This document shows positions 10,682 through 21,164 of a stretch of 64,000 nt of DNA, in pieces. The notes below the pieces were generated by a model. The model did no database searches. It was not told the DNA's origin and saw only the letters and a program-made list of their open reading frames with translations. Each line of letters begins with the position of its first letter. The first letter of the stretch is position 1. This DNA is from Candidatus Pelearchaeum maunauluense. Its GTDB lineage: Archaea > Thermoproteota > Nitrososphaeria_A > Caldarchaeales > Caldarchaeaceae. Made by a program: the position numbers and the translations under genes. The DNA is taken from assembly GCA_030059675.1 (NCBI GenBank), contig JANVYQ010000002.1:32001-96000 (forward strand), in the 5' to 3' direction.

Positions 10682-12403
10682 ATGGCCGAGGACCTGCGTA
10701 GACTGGCTCTGAAGTGGGCTCTGAGGAACGCCGTTGAGCATGGTGGAAAAGCCGCTGTCGGGCCTGTTATAGCGAAGCTCGTGGCTGAGGCGCCTGAGCT
10801 TAAGCGTAGGATGGGGGAGGTCAAGGATACCGTATCGCGGGTTGTGGAGGAGGTTAACCAGCTCCCGCTTGAGGAGCAGAGGGAGAGGCTCGCCGAGATT
10901 GCGCCAGATCTACTAGAGCGAAGACACACACGCGAGGAGAAGAAGCTCCCACCCCTCCCAGGCGCTGAGAGGGGCAAGGTCGTCACACGACTACCTCCCG
11001 AGCCCAGCGGTCCCATGCACTTGGGCCACGCTATGAGCGGCTTGCTCAACGAGATGTATGCCCGCCAGTATGATGGTAAGCTTTGGCTACGTTTCGAGGA
11101 TACTAACCCGCGTAAGGCTAGGCTTGAGTATTACGAGGTCTTTAGACGCGGTTATCGCTGGCTTGGGATAGAGTGGCACTATGAGAAGAATAATAGCGAT
11201 GATATGAAGCTCTACTATGAGTATGCGGAAAAGCTACTACGCGGGGGGCAGCTATATGTATGCGCGTGCTCCGCCGACGAGCTGAGCACCCAGAGGAGGA
11301 CGATGGAGCCTTGCAGGCACCGCAGCCAAGGCGTTGGGGATAATCTAGAGCTTTGGAAGCGTATGTTGGATGGAGACTTTAAGGAAGGCGAGGCTGCTGT
11401 AAGGCTTCGCGGCGATTTGAAGAGCAGCAACACGGCCATGCGCGACCCAGTGATGTTCCGCGTAGTTGAGCATCCACATCCACTAACAGGCGACGAGTAT
11501 AGGGTATGGCCCACCTACGACTTCGCAGCAGCCGTGCAGGACGCTATCTGCGGTGTGACACATGTTTTGAGGAGTAGTGAGTTCGCTTTTAGGGACGAGC
11601 TCCAAAACCATATACGAAACTTGCTCGGAATGAGGAATCCCGTAATTATCGAGTATTCGCGTTTTGAGTTTAAGGGAACCCCAACATCCAAGAGGCTCAT
11701 CACGCCCTTGATAGAGGAGGGCGTGGTGAGTGGGTGGGATGACCCCCGTCTAGCGACTGTTGAGGGGGTTAGGAGGAGGGGGATACTTCCCGATGCTATA
11801 CGGGAATTCACGGTAGCTCAGACTGGCTTCAGCTATGCTAGGCGGGAGTATGACTGGTCTCTTCTCTACAGCATCAATAGGAAAATTCTCGACCCGCGTG
11901 CTAGGCGGCTCTTCTTCGTTCCAAGCCCTGTTAGGCTGGTGGTGGCTGGCGCTCCCATGCTCTCGGTTGAGATACCTTACCACCCATCGCGCGACATGGG
12001 TAAGAGAATCCTAAGCGCGGGTGGTGTAATCTACGTTGCGCGGACTGATATAGAGAAGTTTAAGCCTGGAGACGAGTTTAGACTCAAGCAACTCATGAAC
12101 GTCAGGCTAACTGGGGTTAAGGATGGCGAAGCCTATGGAGAGTTCCTGGGAGTTGAGCCTAAGCCTGATATTCCCATAATCCAGTGGGTCGGCGAGGATA
12201 ATGTAGCGATTCGCGTTCTCAAGCCGCTCCCGCTCTATGACGAGGCTGGTGAGCTAAATAGGAATAGCATGGAGACAATAACAGGCCTAGCCGAGCCCTC
12301 GGTAAGGGATGTGGCGGTTGATGAGATAGTGCAGTTTGAGCGCTTCGGCTTCTGTAGAAGAGACTATGGCGATGAGCTGGTCTTCATCTACGCGCATGAG
12401 TAA
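10682..12403 (+). CDS. gltX: Glutamate-tRNA ligase
   Basis: TRLPPEPSGPMHLGH, RFEDTNP, WDDPRLAT, VQFERFGF. Confidence 0.95.
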   Translation: MAEDLRRLALKWALRNAVEHGGKAAVGPVIAKLVAEAPELKRRMGEVKDTVSRVVEEVNQLPLEEQRERLAEIAPDLLERRHTREEKKLPPLPGAERGKVVTRLPPEPSGPMHLGHAMSGLLNEMYARQYDGKLWLRFEDTNPRKARLEYYEVFRRGYRWLGIEWHYEKNNSDDMKLYYEYAEKLLRGGQLYVCACSADELSTQRRTMEPCRHRSQGVGDNLELWKRMLDGDFKEGEAAVRLRGDLKSSNTAMRDPVMFRVVEHPHPLTGDEYRVWPTYDFAAAVQDAICGVTHVLRSSEFAFRDELQNHIRNLLGMRNPVIIEYSRFEFKGTPTSKRLITPLIEEGVVSGWDDPRLATVEGVRRRGILPDAIREFTVAQTGFSYARREYDWSLLYSINRKILDPRARRLFFVPSPVRLVVAGAPMLSVEIPYHPSRDMGKRILSAGGVIYVARTDIEKFKPGDEFRLKQLMNVRLTGVKDGEAYGEFLGVEPKPDIPIIQWVGEDNVAIRVLKPLPLYDEAGELNRNSMETITGLAEPSVRDVAVDEIVQFERFGFCRRDYGDELVFIYAHE

Positions 12404-13499
12404 GCTTGTTCCTAAGCTTTGGATGCTCGCGGCAACGCTGCTCAGCCCACTGTAATAACGGGCCTAGTAGTATGAAATCCGCGGCCTTCAGCTTCTCTAT
12501 GTCGCCGCTTCCTGTTAGGAGGAGAGCCGCCTTGAGTTCTGCCGCTATCTGCTTGAGCTTCGCGATAACGGCTTCTGCGCTTCGTGCTGCTGGCTCTAGT
12601 AATGGGTGCGCGAAGCCAACCATATCCGCGCCTAGAGCTATAGCCTTCGCTGCATCAAGGCCTGTTCTCATTCCGCCTGAGGCGACCACGTAGAGCGAAG
12701 TCGCTGCCCGCACCTCAAGTGTGGCGGCTGCTGTCGGTATTCCCCACTCAAGAAACGTCTCAGCAACCCTAGCCTTCTCTACGGAGTTCAGCTCCTCAGC
12801 CCTGATAAGCTCTATCAACGTCCAGTTAGTCCCACCTGAGCCCGCAACATCTATGGCGCTTGCCCCAGCTTCCTCCAAACGTCTTGCTGCGTCTCCGGAG
12901 ATTCCGCATCCAACCTCCTTCACGATTATCGGCACATTAAGCTCTCTCCTCAGCTCTCTGAGCGCTCTAAGCAGCCCCCTGAAGTTCGCTAATCCATCTG
13001 GCTGGACAAGCTCCTGCAATGGGTTGAGGTGTATTGCTATAGCGTCTGCGTCTATCATCTCAATAGCCTTTATAGCCAGCTCTGGGCCATGCTCCACTAG
13101 TTGCACTCCGCCTATATTGGCTATTAGAAAGCCGTCTGGCGCCCTGTCGCGGGCAATCCTGAACGTTCGCGCCAGCTCAGGCCTTACTATCGCCGCCCTC
13201 TGGCTGCCTACGCCTGTAGGTATCTTGAGCGTGGCAGCGGCCTCGGCTAGGTTTCCGTTTATCTTCTCAGCCTCGGCAGTCCCGCCTGTCATCCCCTCAA
13301 TAAGAAGCGGCATACCGAATGTTTTATCCAAGAAACGCGCCTCAAGCCTAAGCTCATCCTCACTAAGCTCTGGCGCAGCATTATGTACAAGCTCCACAAA
13401 CTCAAACCAGCTGGTCTTCTCCTTGTACGAAACATCTTGATTGAGGCTTATCTTGATGTGGTCCCGCTTCCTAGCCTCTATCGACAAGCTCCCCCTCAA
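12384..13499 (-). CDS. fni: Type 2 isopentenyl-diphosphate isomerase
   Basis: RKRDHI, MTGG, GVGSQR, HLNPLQE, KEVGCG. Confidence 0.95.
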   Translation of the reverse strand: MRGSLSIEARKRDHIKISLNQDVSYKEKTSWFEFVELVHNAAPELSEDELRLEARFLDKTFGMPLLIEGMTGGTAEAEKINGNLAEAAATLKIPTGVGSQRAAIVRPELARTFRIARDRAPDGFLIANIGGVQLVEHGPELAIKAIEMIDADAIAIHLNPLQELVQPDGLANFRGLLRALRELRRELNVPIIVKEVGCGISGDAARRLEEAGASAIDVAGSGGTNWTLIELIRAEELNSVEKARVAETFLEWGIPTAAATLEVRAATSLYVVASGGMRTGLDAAKAIALGADMVGFAHPLLEPAARSAEAVIAKLKQIAAELKAALLLTGSGDIEKLKAADFILLGPLLQWAEQRCREHPKLRNKLTHARR

Positions 13500-14275
13500 C
13501 TCTTGGTGAGTCTGGTTCCTTTTACCTTCTCTCCTTTTACAGCCGCCTCAACCCTTCCCTCCACCAGGCCGTTCACGAATATTACATCAACCCCAGCTGC
13601 GACAGCTCCAAACGCCTCGTCAACCTTGCTGAACATCCCTCCGGTAACGTCGTTTACAGGGTGGTAGATTATTGAGGCGTGTCTTTTCTGGCCCAGCTCT
13701 TCAACTAGTTTCTTCTCCCCTGTGTTGCGGTCTGTCTCATAGATTCCATCCACGTCGGTAGCGAAGACGAGTCTCCTAGCCTTGAGCCTCTTTGCTAGAT
13801 ATACTGCTATCGTGTCGCCTGAGAGTATGGTGAATTTTCTCTCACGGTCAAATACTGCGTCGCCGCATGTTACTGGGATTACCCCGATATCCAGCGCCGA
13901 GAAGAGCGTATCCAAGAGGGCTGTCTCTATGGAGCCGTCGCGGGTAACGAAGAGGAGTGAGGCCGGCATCCCCACGGCGCCTATTCCCGTCTCTATTAGG
14001 GTTTGGACGATTCTGCTATTAAGCTCGCGCATGGCTTGGATTGTCTTTACGAAGCCTTCAAGCTGTCGTAGCTCGCGGTATCCCTGGGCTATTCCATATT
14101 CCCGCGCTATAGTGTGGCCGAATGAGCCTCCGCCGTGTATTATGAGGAGCGGCGTGGGCCAGCATCGGAAGACCTCCCTACCTATGCGCGCAACCACCTC
14201 AGACCTGTATGAGAATGGTGTCTTCTTATCGGTTATGACGGAGCCTCCCAGCTTCAGTATTACTAGGTCGCTCAC
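13496..14275 (-). CDS. Isopentenyl phosphate kinase
   Basis: LKLGGSVITDK, HGGGSFGH, DVTGGM; lies between mvk and fni. Confidence 0.92.
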   Translation of the reverse strand: MSDLVILKLGGSVITDKKTPFSYRSEVVARIGREVFRCWPTPLLIIHGGGSFGHTIAREYGIAQGYRELRQLEGFVKTIQAMRELNSRIVQTLIETGIGAVGMPASLLFVTRDGSIETALLDTLFSALDIGVIPVTCGDAVFDRERKFTILSGDTIAVYLAKRLKARRLVFATDVDGIYETDRNTGEKKLVEELGQKRHASIIYHPVNDVTGGMFSKVDEAFGAVAAGVDVIFVNGLVEGRVEAAVKGEKVKGTRLTKS

Positions 14276-15246
14276 CCTTCTTCCACCCTAACACCTGGCT
14301 CTGAGCATCTGGCAACCCATACGCGGGGGAAAGCCCTGCTGGTTCTTTCGCATATCTTCTCCAGCTCATCGTCCTTGGCTACAGCTATCACGCAGCCACC
14401 GCCGCCTGCTCCTGTGAGCTTAGCCCCATAAGCGCCGCTTCTCTGCAAAACCTCCACCGCCCGCTCAATATCCTTTGTGGAAACGCCTACTGCGCGTAAT
14501 AGTAGTTGGTTAAGCCGCATAAGCTCACCCATACGCTTGAGGTCAAGCGCCTTAAGTGCCTCCAGGGCTTCCTTCACCAGCTCGTCATAAAGCGCCTTAA
14601 GCTCCTCAAATATCTCTCTATTCTCAGAGGCGAAGCGCGATACTTTTTCCACGAGCTTACCCGTGCTCCTCCTCTCCCCAGTATCTACGACCAGCAACCT
14701 AAGGCTGGATGGCAGCTCTATACTCTCCCACGTATCTGGTCTCCTATATGCGAGCGTCCCACCTACCGTTGTTATATGCGGGTCTATTCCCGAAGGCCTG
14801 CCGTGTATCTCCTGCTCTGCCTTCATAGCCCAGCGCTTCACGTCGCTTGGCTGCAGCTCATGCCCTAGAAGGGTTGAGAGCGCTTTTGCTGTGGCAGCGG
14901 ATACTGCTGCTGAAGAGCCTAGCCCAGCTCCGCGCGGCATGTCGGAGCTGATAACAACCTCAACGCCAGCAGCTCCTCCCAGCTCAGAGAGTATAGACTC
15001 CACAAGCCCAATAAGGGGGTGAAGCGTCCTCCAGGCAGAGCTGCTGCTACACCTAACCACGCCGTCCCGCTTGGAGCAGACTGCGCGGCCAGACCTAATA
15101 GACAGCCCCTCGCCAACGAGGCTACATACAACATCAACACGGCAGTCAATAGCAGTAACTATCGCGGTGCTACCATGTACGACGAAGTGTTCTCCCCAGA
15201 GGATAACCTTCCCAGGCGCGGATGCCCTGACTCTCTCCCGCCTCAT
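14272..15246 (-). CDS. mvk: Mevalonate kinase
   Basis: APGKVILWGEHFVVHG, PRGAGLGSSAA, KLTGAGGGG. Confidence 0.94.
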   Translation of the reverse strand: MRRERVRASAPGKVILWGEHFVVHGSTAIVTAIDCRVDVVCSLVGEGLSIRSGRAVCSKRDGVVRCSSSSAWRTLHPLIGLVESILSELGGAAGVEVVISSDMPRGAGLGSSAAVSAATAKALSTLLGHELQPSDVKRWAMKAEQEIHGRPSGIDPHITTVGGTLAYRRPDTWESIELPSSLRLLVVDTGERRSTGKLVEKVSRFASENREIFEELKALYDELVKEALEALKALDLKRMGELMRLNQLLLRAVGVSTKDIERAVEVLQRSGAYGAKLTGAGGGGCVIAVAKDDELEKICERTSRAFPRVWVARCSEPGVRVEEG

Positions 15247-16100
15247 TCCTGCGGCAACTCTATCACGCATGAAGCATAGCCGACCACGCTGCTATAGTCC
15301 CCGCTGGTATCCCCGCTTGTTGCGTGCTTGATTATCTCAGCCCTGGAAGCTCCCAGTCGCTTGGCAGCGGTAATCACAGCAGCCATAGCGCCAAAACCAC
15401 ACATGGATATATCATGCTTGTACATCTCAGTGTAAAGACCACCGACATCAAGCTCTGCTATCCTCTCAAGCGCTATAGCATCCTTCTTCTTCACGCTTTC
15501 ATGCGGCTCGTAATGCGTAAAGTCGCTGGAGGCAACGAGAAGTATATCCCGCCCATCAACAACACGGGCGAGAGCTTCACCAACCTCAACGCATGTTTCC
15601 TCAGACTGGTCAAGGACGCATATTGGGAGGAACGTGAAGTCGCCCAGCAAGTATTGGAGGAACGGGACCTGTACTTCTATTGAGTGCTCGCTGCGGTGGG
15701 AAACCTCATCCAGCGAGAATATATCCGACTCGCGCGCCAGCTCAGTGGCTAGAGCGTTATCTATCTTTACAGCCCCCAGCGGTGTAAGCCACTCCCCGTC
15801 GGGAAAGATTGAAACAGCGGTGCCTATACCATAGTGGTTAGGCCCCACGACGACTACCGTAGCTGGCCTGCGCCTGCCCGCGAGCCTGATATAGCTATGC
15901 GCCGCCACTGGCCCTGAGTACATATAGCCTGCGTGGGGGCAGATTAGCGCTGGGAGACGCCTCTCCCCATGCTTTATCGGCGTCTCGGGAAGCGTTCCAG
16001 GCCCTATGCTGGATGTGAAGCACTCCTCTATCTGTTTAACCAGCTCTTCGCGCGTCCCAGCGTAGAACGCACCAGCTACTGCTGGCCTTCTCCTCCCCAT
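15243..16100 (-). CDS. MEMO1 family protein
   Basis: RRPAVAGAFY, PHAGYMYSG, EHSIEVQVPFLQ, SSDFTHY, VVGYA. Confidence 0.93.
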   Translation of the reverse strand: MGRRRPAVAGAFYAGTREELVKQIEECFTSSIGPGTLPETPIKHGERRLPALICPHAGYMYSGPVAAHSYIRLAGRRRPATVVVVGPNHYGIGTAVSIFPDGEWLTPLGAVKIDNALATELARESDIFSLDEVSHRSEHSIEVQVPFLQYLLGDFTFLPICVLDQSEETCVEVGEALARVVDGRDILLVASSDFTHYEPHESVKKKDAIALERIAELDVGGLYTEMYKHDISMCGFGAMAAVITAAKRLGASRAEIIKHATSGDTSGDYSSVVGYASCVIELPQE

Positions 16101-16111
16101 CCCCAGCTCAA

Positions 16112-16735
16112 CTACTGGTGGAGAGCGGGCTCGGTCATAAAGTCCTCAGGCCTTATCCCTGCCTCAGCCTCCGGGGTGAGCTGTCCCCGCTCGCTTAAGA
16201 CCATCTTGGCCAGATACCAGAAAGCATACGGAAGAGAGGTCTTGCCGCGGTTGTTCATAGGAATAACTAGATCTACGTTGGCGCAGGTATTGTCGGTGCT
16301 GCACGTAGCTATGACGGGAATCCGCGCTATGGCAGCCTCGTCAACGGCCTGCGAATCATACCGCGGGTCTGATACAACAACTAGGGATGGCTCTATGTAG
16401 TTCTTCAACGTCCTATTCGTGAAGAGCCCAGCCTTCATCTTGCCCACAATAGGTATACAGCCCGTAACCTCGCAGAACTTCTCCACAGCCTTTATACCAT
16501 ACACATGCGTGGAGACGACGACCACCTTCTCAGGCGGGAAGAAGGATATCATCCGCGCAGCTATGTTAAGCCTCTCCACGGTCTTCTTGATGTCTATGAG
16601 ATATACTCCATCAGGCCTCAGGCGGAATACGAAGGGCTCCATATGCTTGACCTTGATTCTCGACCCTACATGCACCGCGTTCCTGACGAAGAGCTCCAGC
16701 AGCTCCGCCTCCTTCTGTTCAGGTGTTGTAGCCAT
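16112..16735 (-). CDS. rps2: 30S ribosomal protein S2
   Basis: VHVG, RPDGVYLID, DPRYDSQAVDEA, IPMNNRG. Confidence 0.93.
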   Translation of the reverse strand: MATTPEQKEAELLELFVRNAVHVGSRIKVKHMEPFVFRLRPDGVYLIDIKKTVERLNIAARMISFFPPEKVVVVSTHVYGIKAVEKFCEVTGCIPIVGKMKAGLFTNRTLKNYIEPSLVVVSDPRYDSQAVDEAAIARIPVIATCSTDNTCANVDLVIPMNNRGKTSLPYAFWYLAKMVLSERGQLTPEAEAGIRPEDFMTEPALHQ

Positions 16736-16741
16736 ACCCCA

Positions 16742-18004
16742 TCACGCTAAACGGCTTAACCCAAGCCTCCCCCGCGATGACTCCCATATACGGAGGAGCT
16801 CGTTAGCCTTTGCTATTCGTTCCCCGCCCATTATGCCTGCCTTAATAAGGTTAGCGCCGAGGCCTACCGCTATATGGGCTAGAACGCCGTCGCAGGCCTC
16901 GCCCGACCTGTGTGAGACAATCTTGGCTATGCCGTATCTGGCAGCCTCCCGCACCGCGTCCATCGTCGCCGTGAGTGTACCAACCTGGTTTGGCTTAATA
17001 ATCATGGCGTTAACCGCGCTGGCCTTCCCAGCCTCCCTAACAAGCTCCGCCCTAGTTACGAGTAGGTCGTCTCCGCAGATTAGCGTCGTCTCGCCATAGC
17101 TCTTGCGCAGCTCCGCGAAGCCCTGAATATCATCCTCTTGGAGAGGGTCTTCAACATATCGCAATCCATACTCATCTATGAGCTTCCCCACATACTCTAT
17201 CTGGCCGCGCCTATCTAGGGTTTTGCCGCTGCGCTTGTGGTTGTATTGTTTTGCGGACTCGCTGTATAGGGATGACGCGGCCATGTCTATCCCCATTCTG
17301 AGCTGGACGGCCAGCTCGTCAGACACGTTCTCCACGGTCTCTTTCACTGCTGCCAAGGCTTCCTCATTAGTCATGTTGGGCGAATACGCCCCCTCGTCGC
17401 CGCGTCCCTTCGTGAACCCCGGCACGCGCTTTGTGAGCAGGGAGCCCAGCGCCTTATGAACCGTTACCACGGCCTTCACAGCCTTTAGAGGCTCGTCAAC
17501 AGATGCGGGGAAAACCAGAATCTCCTGGATGTCTGGAGCTCCCTCGCCAGCATGGCTGCCGCCTCCTAGTACGTTTCCCAGCGGCATGGGTATCTGTGGC
17601 GTTTGACCGCTTAGGGACGCGATATGCTCGTATGGCTGCTTCTCCATCAGCCGCGCGGCGAGAACAGCCGATGCGACTGACGTGGCATAGGCGGCGTTGC
17701 CCCCTATCCTCTCAAAACGCCCCGTCCCATCTATCTCCGTGAGGAGCTCATCAACCCCGCGTTGGTCTGCTGGATCTCGGCCTACCAGACGGCTGCTTAC
17801 AACGCTGTTAAACACGCGCACAGCCTCGGCGGCGTTGTTATTCGGATAATACTCAACCTCACGCTTCCCACGGCTCTTGCCCGCAGGAGCGGCAACCCTA
17901 GCAGCGACTTTCCCAGATTGCAGCTCAACCTCTATAGTAGCGTCTCCCCTGCTGTCAAAGACCAGCCTAGCATGAGCGCTGTCTATCTTGAATGACTCCG
18001 CCAT
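16742..18004 (-). CDS. eno: Enolase
   Basis: DSRG, GDEG, VEDP, GDDL, IKPNQVGT, VSHRSGE. Confidence 0.93.
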   Translation of the reverse strand: MAESFKIDSAHARLVFDSRGDATIEVELQSGKVAARVAAPAGKSRGKREVEYYPNNNAAEAVRVFNSVVSSRLVGRDPADQRGVDELLTEIDGTGRFERIGGNAAYATSVASAVLAARLMEKQPYEHIASLSGQTPQIPMPLGNVLGGGSHAGEGAPDIQEILVFPASVDEPLKAVKAVVTVHKALGSLLTKRVPGFTKGRGDEGAYSPNMTNEEALAAVKETVENVSDELAVQLRMGIDMAASSLYSESAKQYNHKRSGKTLDRRGQIEYVGKLIDEYGLRYVEDPLQEDDIQGFAELRKSYGETTLICGDDLLVTRAELVREAGKASAVNAMIIKPNQVGTLTATMDAVREAARYGIAKIVSHRSGEACDGVLAHIAVGLGANLIKAGIMGGERIAKANELLRIWESSRGRLGLSRLA

Positions 18005-18009
18005 AGTTG

Positions 18010-18228
18010 CTAACCCGTCCCATACTGGCTATACCTTGTGTAGAATTCCACTATTTCGTTGAATACATCAACGCCTGAGATGAACATCCTTCTGCAACAG
18101 TAGCGTTTTACCTTAAGCTCGTCCAGCACCTTGCCCGCATTCTCTCCAGCTTCAACCCTAGCCTTATACTCCTCCCACTTATCTGCTATGAGAGCGCCAC
18201 AGCTAAAACATCTAATAGGGAACATCAA
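18010..18228 (-). CDS. rpoN: RNA polymerase subunit Rpo10 (RpoN)
   Basis: PIRCFSCG...RYCCRRM. Confidence 0.96.
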   Translation of the reverse strand: MMFPIRCFSCGALIADKWEEYKARVEAGENAGKVLDELKVKRYCCRRMFISGVDVFNEIVEFYTRYSQYGTG

Positions 18229-18312
18229 TGCTCCATCACACCTGGCCTAGGTTGTTTGGCGTGATTTTTGAGGCTTTCTCCTGGAAAATACATGAAAAGA
18301 GGGAAGTGGGGT

Positions 18313-18714
18313 CTAGCGGTAGCTCTTCTGCTTAAATCGCCTGGCGCTCCTCCTGTTGGGTTTCTTGGGCTCTGTCTGGCGAGGGTCGCCAGCTACCAAT
18401 ACTCGGTCGTATTGTATTATCTCCTGCTTGATTGATTGGCGTAGGCTTGAGAGGGCGCGTGCTATGGCGCTGGCTACCGCCTCGGCCAACGCTACACGGC
18501 CGCCGCCACGAACCTTGACCACAAAGTCATGCGACTTCCAGAAATCTGGAGCGAAGTGTAGGGGCGTTACAATCTTAGCCCGCGTTATCTCGTCGCCAAA
18601 CTGCTCTAGGGGCGTGTTGTTGATTATCACATTCCCCTTACCTGGCCTCACTACTAGCCTAGCCACTGCTGTTTTCCTGCGTCCAGTGAATACTCCCAGA
18701 ACCTTCTGCCTCAC
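18313..18714 (-). CDS. rps9: 30S ribosomal protein S9
   Basis: GRRKTAVAR, GDPRQTEPKK, C-terminal QKSYR. Confidence 0.96.
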   Translation of the reverse strand: MRQKVLGVFTGRRKTAVARLVVRPGKGNVIINNTPLEQFGDEITRAKIVTPLHFAPDFWKSHDFVVKVRGGGRVALAEAVASAIARALSSLRQSIKQEIIQYDRVLVAGDPRQTEPKKPNRRSARRFKQKSYR

Positions 18715-19190
18715 CCGCGGCCACCTCTAAGCTCTTTTGATACCTCGCCCAGCGTCATGTACCTGATAACCCTCCCAGACCTGCTAATAGGCTTGACGAG
18801 CTTCGCGTCCTCTATCTCCAGGCGGCGCGCCTCTGGTATGTTCTTAGCCCCCCTAAAGACCTTAAGACGCCTAGCAGCCTCACGGCCCTTGGGCTTCTTC
18901 CTCGGTAGCATCCTAAGAATCGCGTAGCGTAAAATTCCCTCTGGGAGAGTTGGATACCAAACCTTGATAACCTTATGCGATGTCAGCTGTCTCCTGGAGC
19001 GGAGGAATAGGAAACGCTCCATTATCGGCTTCTTCTTGCCCGTTATCACGGCCTTCTCGGCGTTTATTATGAATACCCTATGCCCCTGCATGAGCATCTT
19101 CGCCACGTAAGATGCTAGACGACCAACCTTGTAGTTGGTCGCGTCTATCAGATACGTCTCTGGCTTTTGTAGAACCTCCACCTTAGCCAA
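18711..19190 (-). CDS. rpl13: 50S ribosomal protein L13
   Basis: GRLASYVAK, NAEKAVITG, MLPRKKPKG. Confidence 0.94.
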   Translation of the reverse strand: MAKVEVLQKPETYLIDATNYKVGRLASYVAKMLMQGHRVFIINAEKAVITGKKKPIMERFLFLRSRRQLTSHKVIKVWYPTLPEGILRYAILRMLPRKKPKGREAARRLKVFRGAKNIPEARRLEIEDAKLVKPISRSGRVIRYMTLGEVSKELRGGRG

Positions 19191-19536
19191 TTATCCTCAC
19201 CCCAGAACCGTCTGGGTACTTCTCCAAAAACTCCTCAAGAAGTAGAGCCTGACCACCTGCGCGCTCTATCTTGCTTAAAGCCTGTTTTGAGAAGCTGAAG
19301 GCGCCCACAGTTAGCTGGTGCTTAAGCAAGCCCGAGCCAAGGACCTTCCCAGGGACGAAGACCACCTCACCAGGCTTCGTGCTCCTATCCAGATGGTATA
19401 CGTTAACTTCCCTACGCCTCCTATTACCCTTGGCCAGCTCCTCAAGCACTCTACGCCAAAACCTCCGCCTCCTGGCGTATGGCTCAAGGAGCCGCGCGGC
19501 CCTTGCCCTCCATAAACTAACTTGCTTCCTTGGCAT
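19183..19536 (-). CDS. rpl18e: 50S ribosomal protein L18e
   Basis: VPGKVLGSG, AFSFS, KIERAGG. Confidence 0.94.
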   Translation of the reverse strand: MPRKQVSLWRARAARLLEPYARRRRFWRRVLEELAKGNRRRREVNVYHLDRSTKPGEVVFVPGKVLGSGLLKHQLTVGAFSFSKQALSKIERAGGQALLLEEFLEKYPDGSGVRIIG

Positions 19537-20173
19537 CTGCAAACAGCACCTCGCACTCTGAAATCATATCATCAACCTTACGCCTCAATATATTGACAGC
19601 TTCCTTCAGCATTCTCTTGGCTGGGAGGAAGCCGAAGGACTCTATGTAGAGGAGGTTCTTCCCATCCTCCTCATATAGCGTAGCTATGCCGGCCTGCCAC
19701 TTGGTATGCTTCTTACCCTGCCCCAGCCTTACGTAGAGCTCCAGCTCAATCCTCTGGCCAGGTGCAAGCATGGTTATTGGTATATTGCCGCTCACGGGCT
19801 TCACGGTGGTCTCTGGGTTCTCAGGCGTCATGTCGCGCGAATAAACAGTTATCGGCGCGTCTCCAGCCTCGGCTCTTAGGACGTATCTCACGACACACTT
19901 CTCACAGCCCAGCTTACTCTGGCAGCTACAGTGCTCAGGGAGATTATAGTTATCCATGTCGGAGACGAATGGTATGAGTGAGATTCTATGCGCTAGGATT
20001 TCGTTGGGCATCGCTGAGCTGTTCTCAATTATCAAGACCTCCTCAACGGCCATCGTGGGAACTTCGCGCAGTATCATCCTTCTTATGCCGTTGGCTATCG
20101 CTACAGGTACGTCGCGTAGCTCAACCCTAATCCACTCGTCGCCCCCGCTCTCTACGATTACAAGCCTTTCCAA
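19517..20173 (-). CDS. rpoD: RNA polymerase subunit Rpo3 (RpoD)
   Basis: ANGIRRMILREVPTMAV, NEILAHRISLIP, GKKHTKW. Confidence 0.94.
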   Translation of the reverse strand: MERLVIVESGGDEWIRVELRDVPVAIANGIRRMILREVPTMAVEEVLIIENSSAMPNEILAHRISLIPFVSDMDNYNLPEHCSCQSKLGCEKCVVRYVLRAEAGDAPITVYSRDMTPENPETTVKPVSGNIPITMLAPGQRIELELYVRLGQGKKHTKWQAGIATLYEEDGKNLLYIESFGFLPAKRMLKEAVNILRRKVDDMISECEVLFADAKEAS

Positions 20174-20341
20174 TCCCAGCTTCCCCAGCCATCCGTCAAG
20201 CGGCTGAGCCGCACTCCTCGGGGCTGCCTATTTAAGGTATAGCGTCCTCAACGGCCAGCTAAGACTCATTCCCAGGAGATTTTTGGCAGGAGGTCTCCTA
20301 ATGCGTAGTTGCGAAAATTTAATTAGCCGAGGCAGCGTGGG

Positions 20342-20698
20342 ATGGGCATGACCATGTCTAAGGAGATTCAGCTTACAGTCACGGATAGGGCTGTGGAGAA
20401 GATTAGAGAGCTGATTAAGGCTGAGGGGAACGAGAACCTGGCTCTCAGGATTTACATAACTGGCGGCGGGTGCTCAGGCTATCGCTACGGAATGGCGCTG
20501 GATGACAACATATACGAGGACGACATAACGGTAACGAAGGACGGCGTGAAGGTTGTGGTTGACTCATTTAGCGCCACGTTCTTGGATGGCTCAACAATAG
20601 ACTATGTGGAGAATGTTATGGGCTCTGGGTTCGTGATAGACAACCCTAACGTGGCATCCACATGCGGCTGTGGCCATTCGTTCAGCGTGAAGCAGTAG
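20342..20698 (+). CDS. A-type Fe-S cluster carrier (HesB/IscA/ErpA family)
   Basis: GGGCSG and CGCGHSF motifs. Confidence 0.93.
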   Translation: MGMTMSKEIQLTVTDRAVEKIRELIKAEGNENLALRIYITGGGCSGYRYGMALDDNIYEDDITVTKDGVKVVVDSFSATFLDGSTIDYVENVMGSGFVIDNPNVASTCGCGHSFSVKQ

Positions 20699-20708
20699 GG
20701 AGAGGGAG

Positions 20709-21164
20709 ATGCCGAAGGTCGGTGAGCGCGCACCCAGCTTCAGGCTTCCAGACCAAGACGGGGTTGAGCGCGGCCTAGAGGAGCTACTGGCAGACAAGCG
20801 TTTTCTAGTCCTCTACTTCTACCCGCGCGACAACACTCCAGGATGTACCACCGAGGCTTGCAGTTTTAGAGACGCGCTACCAGACCTCCGCGGAGGTGGG
20901 GTTGAGGTCGTTGGGATTAGCACAGACCCGCCAGAGGCTCATAGGCGTTTCAGGGAGAAGTATGGGCTTACGTTCATCCTTCTCTCAGACGTTGAGGGGC
21001 GGGTTGCGCGTATGTATGGCGCCTTTAGAGAGGAGCGCGGAACATGCGCTAGGAAGACCTACGTGATAGACTCAAGCGGCGTAGTTAGGGCTGTCTTTGA
21101 GAAGGTCAAGCCAGACGACCATGCCCTTGAAGTTTTAGAAACAATAAGGAAGCTCTCATCCTAG
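20709..21164 (+). CDS. bcp: Peroxiredoxin (BCP/PrxQ)
   Basis: YFYPRDNTPGCTTEACSFRD. Confidence 0.94.
   Translation: MPKVGERAPSFRLPDQDGVERGLEELLADKRFLVLYFYPRDNTPGCTTEACSFRDALPDLRGGGVEVVGISTDPPEAHRRFREKYGLTFILLSDVEGRVARMYGAFREERGTCARKTYVIDSSGVVRAVFEKVKPDDHALEVLETIRKLSS

Noticed and set aside
18229-20341. tRNA genes in the gaps beside rpoN and rpoD
   Set aside because: No cloverleaf or TTCGA T-loop pattern was found in either intergenic gap.
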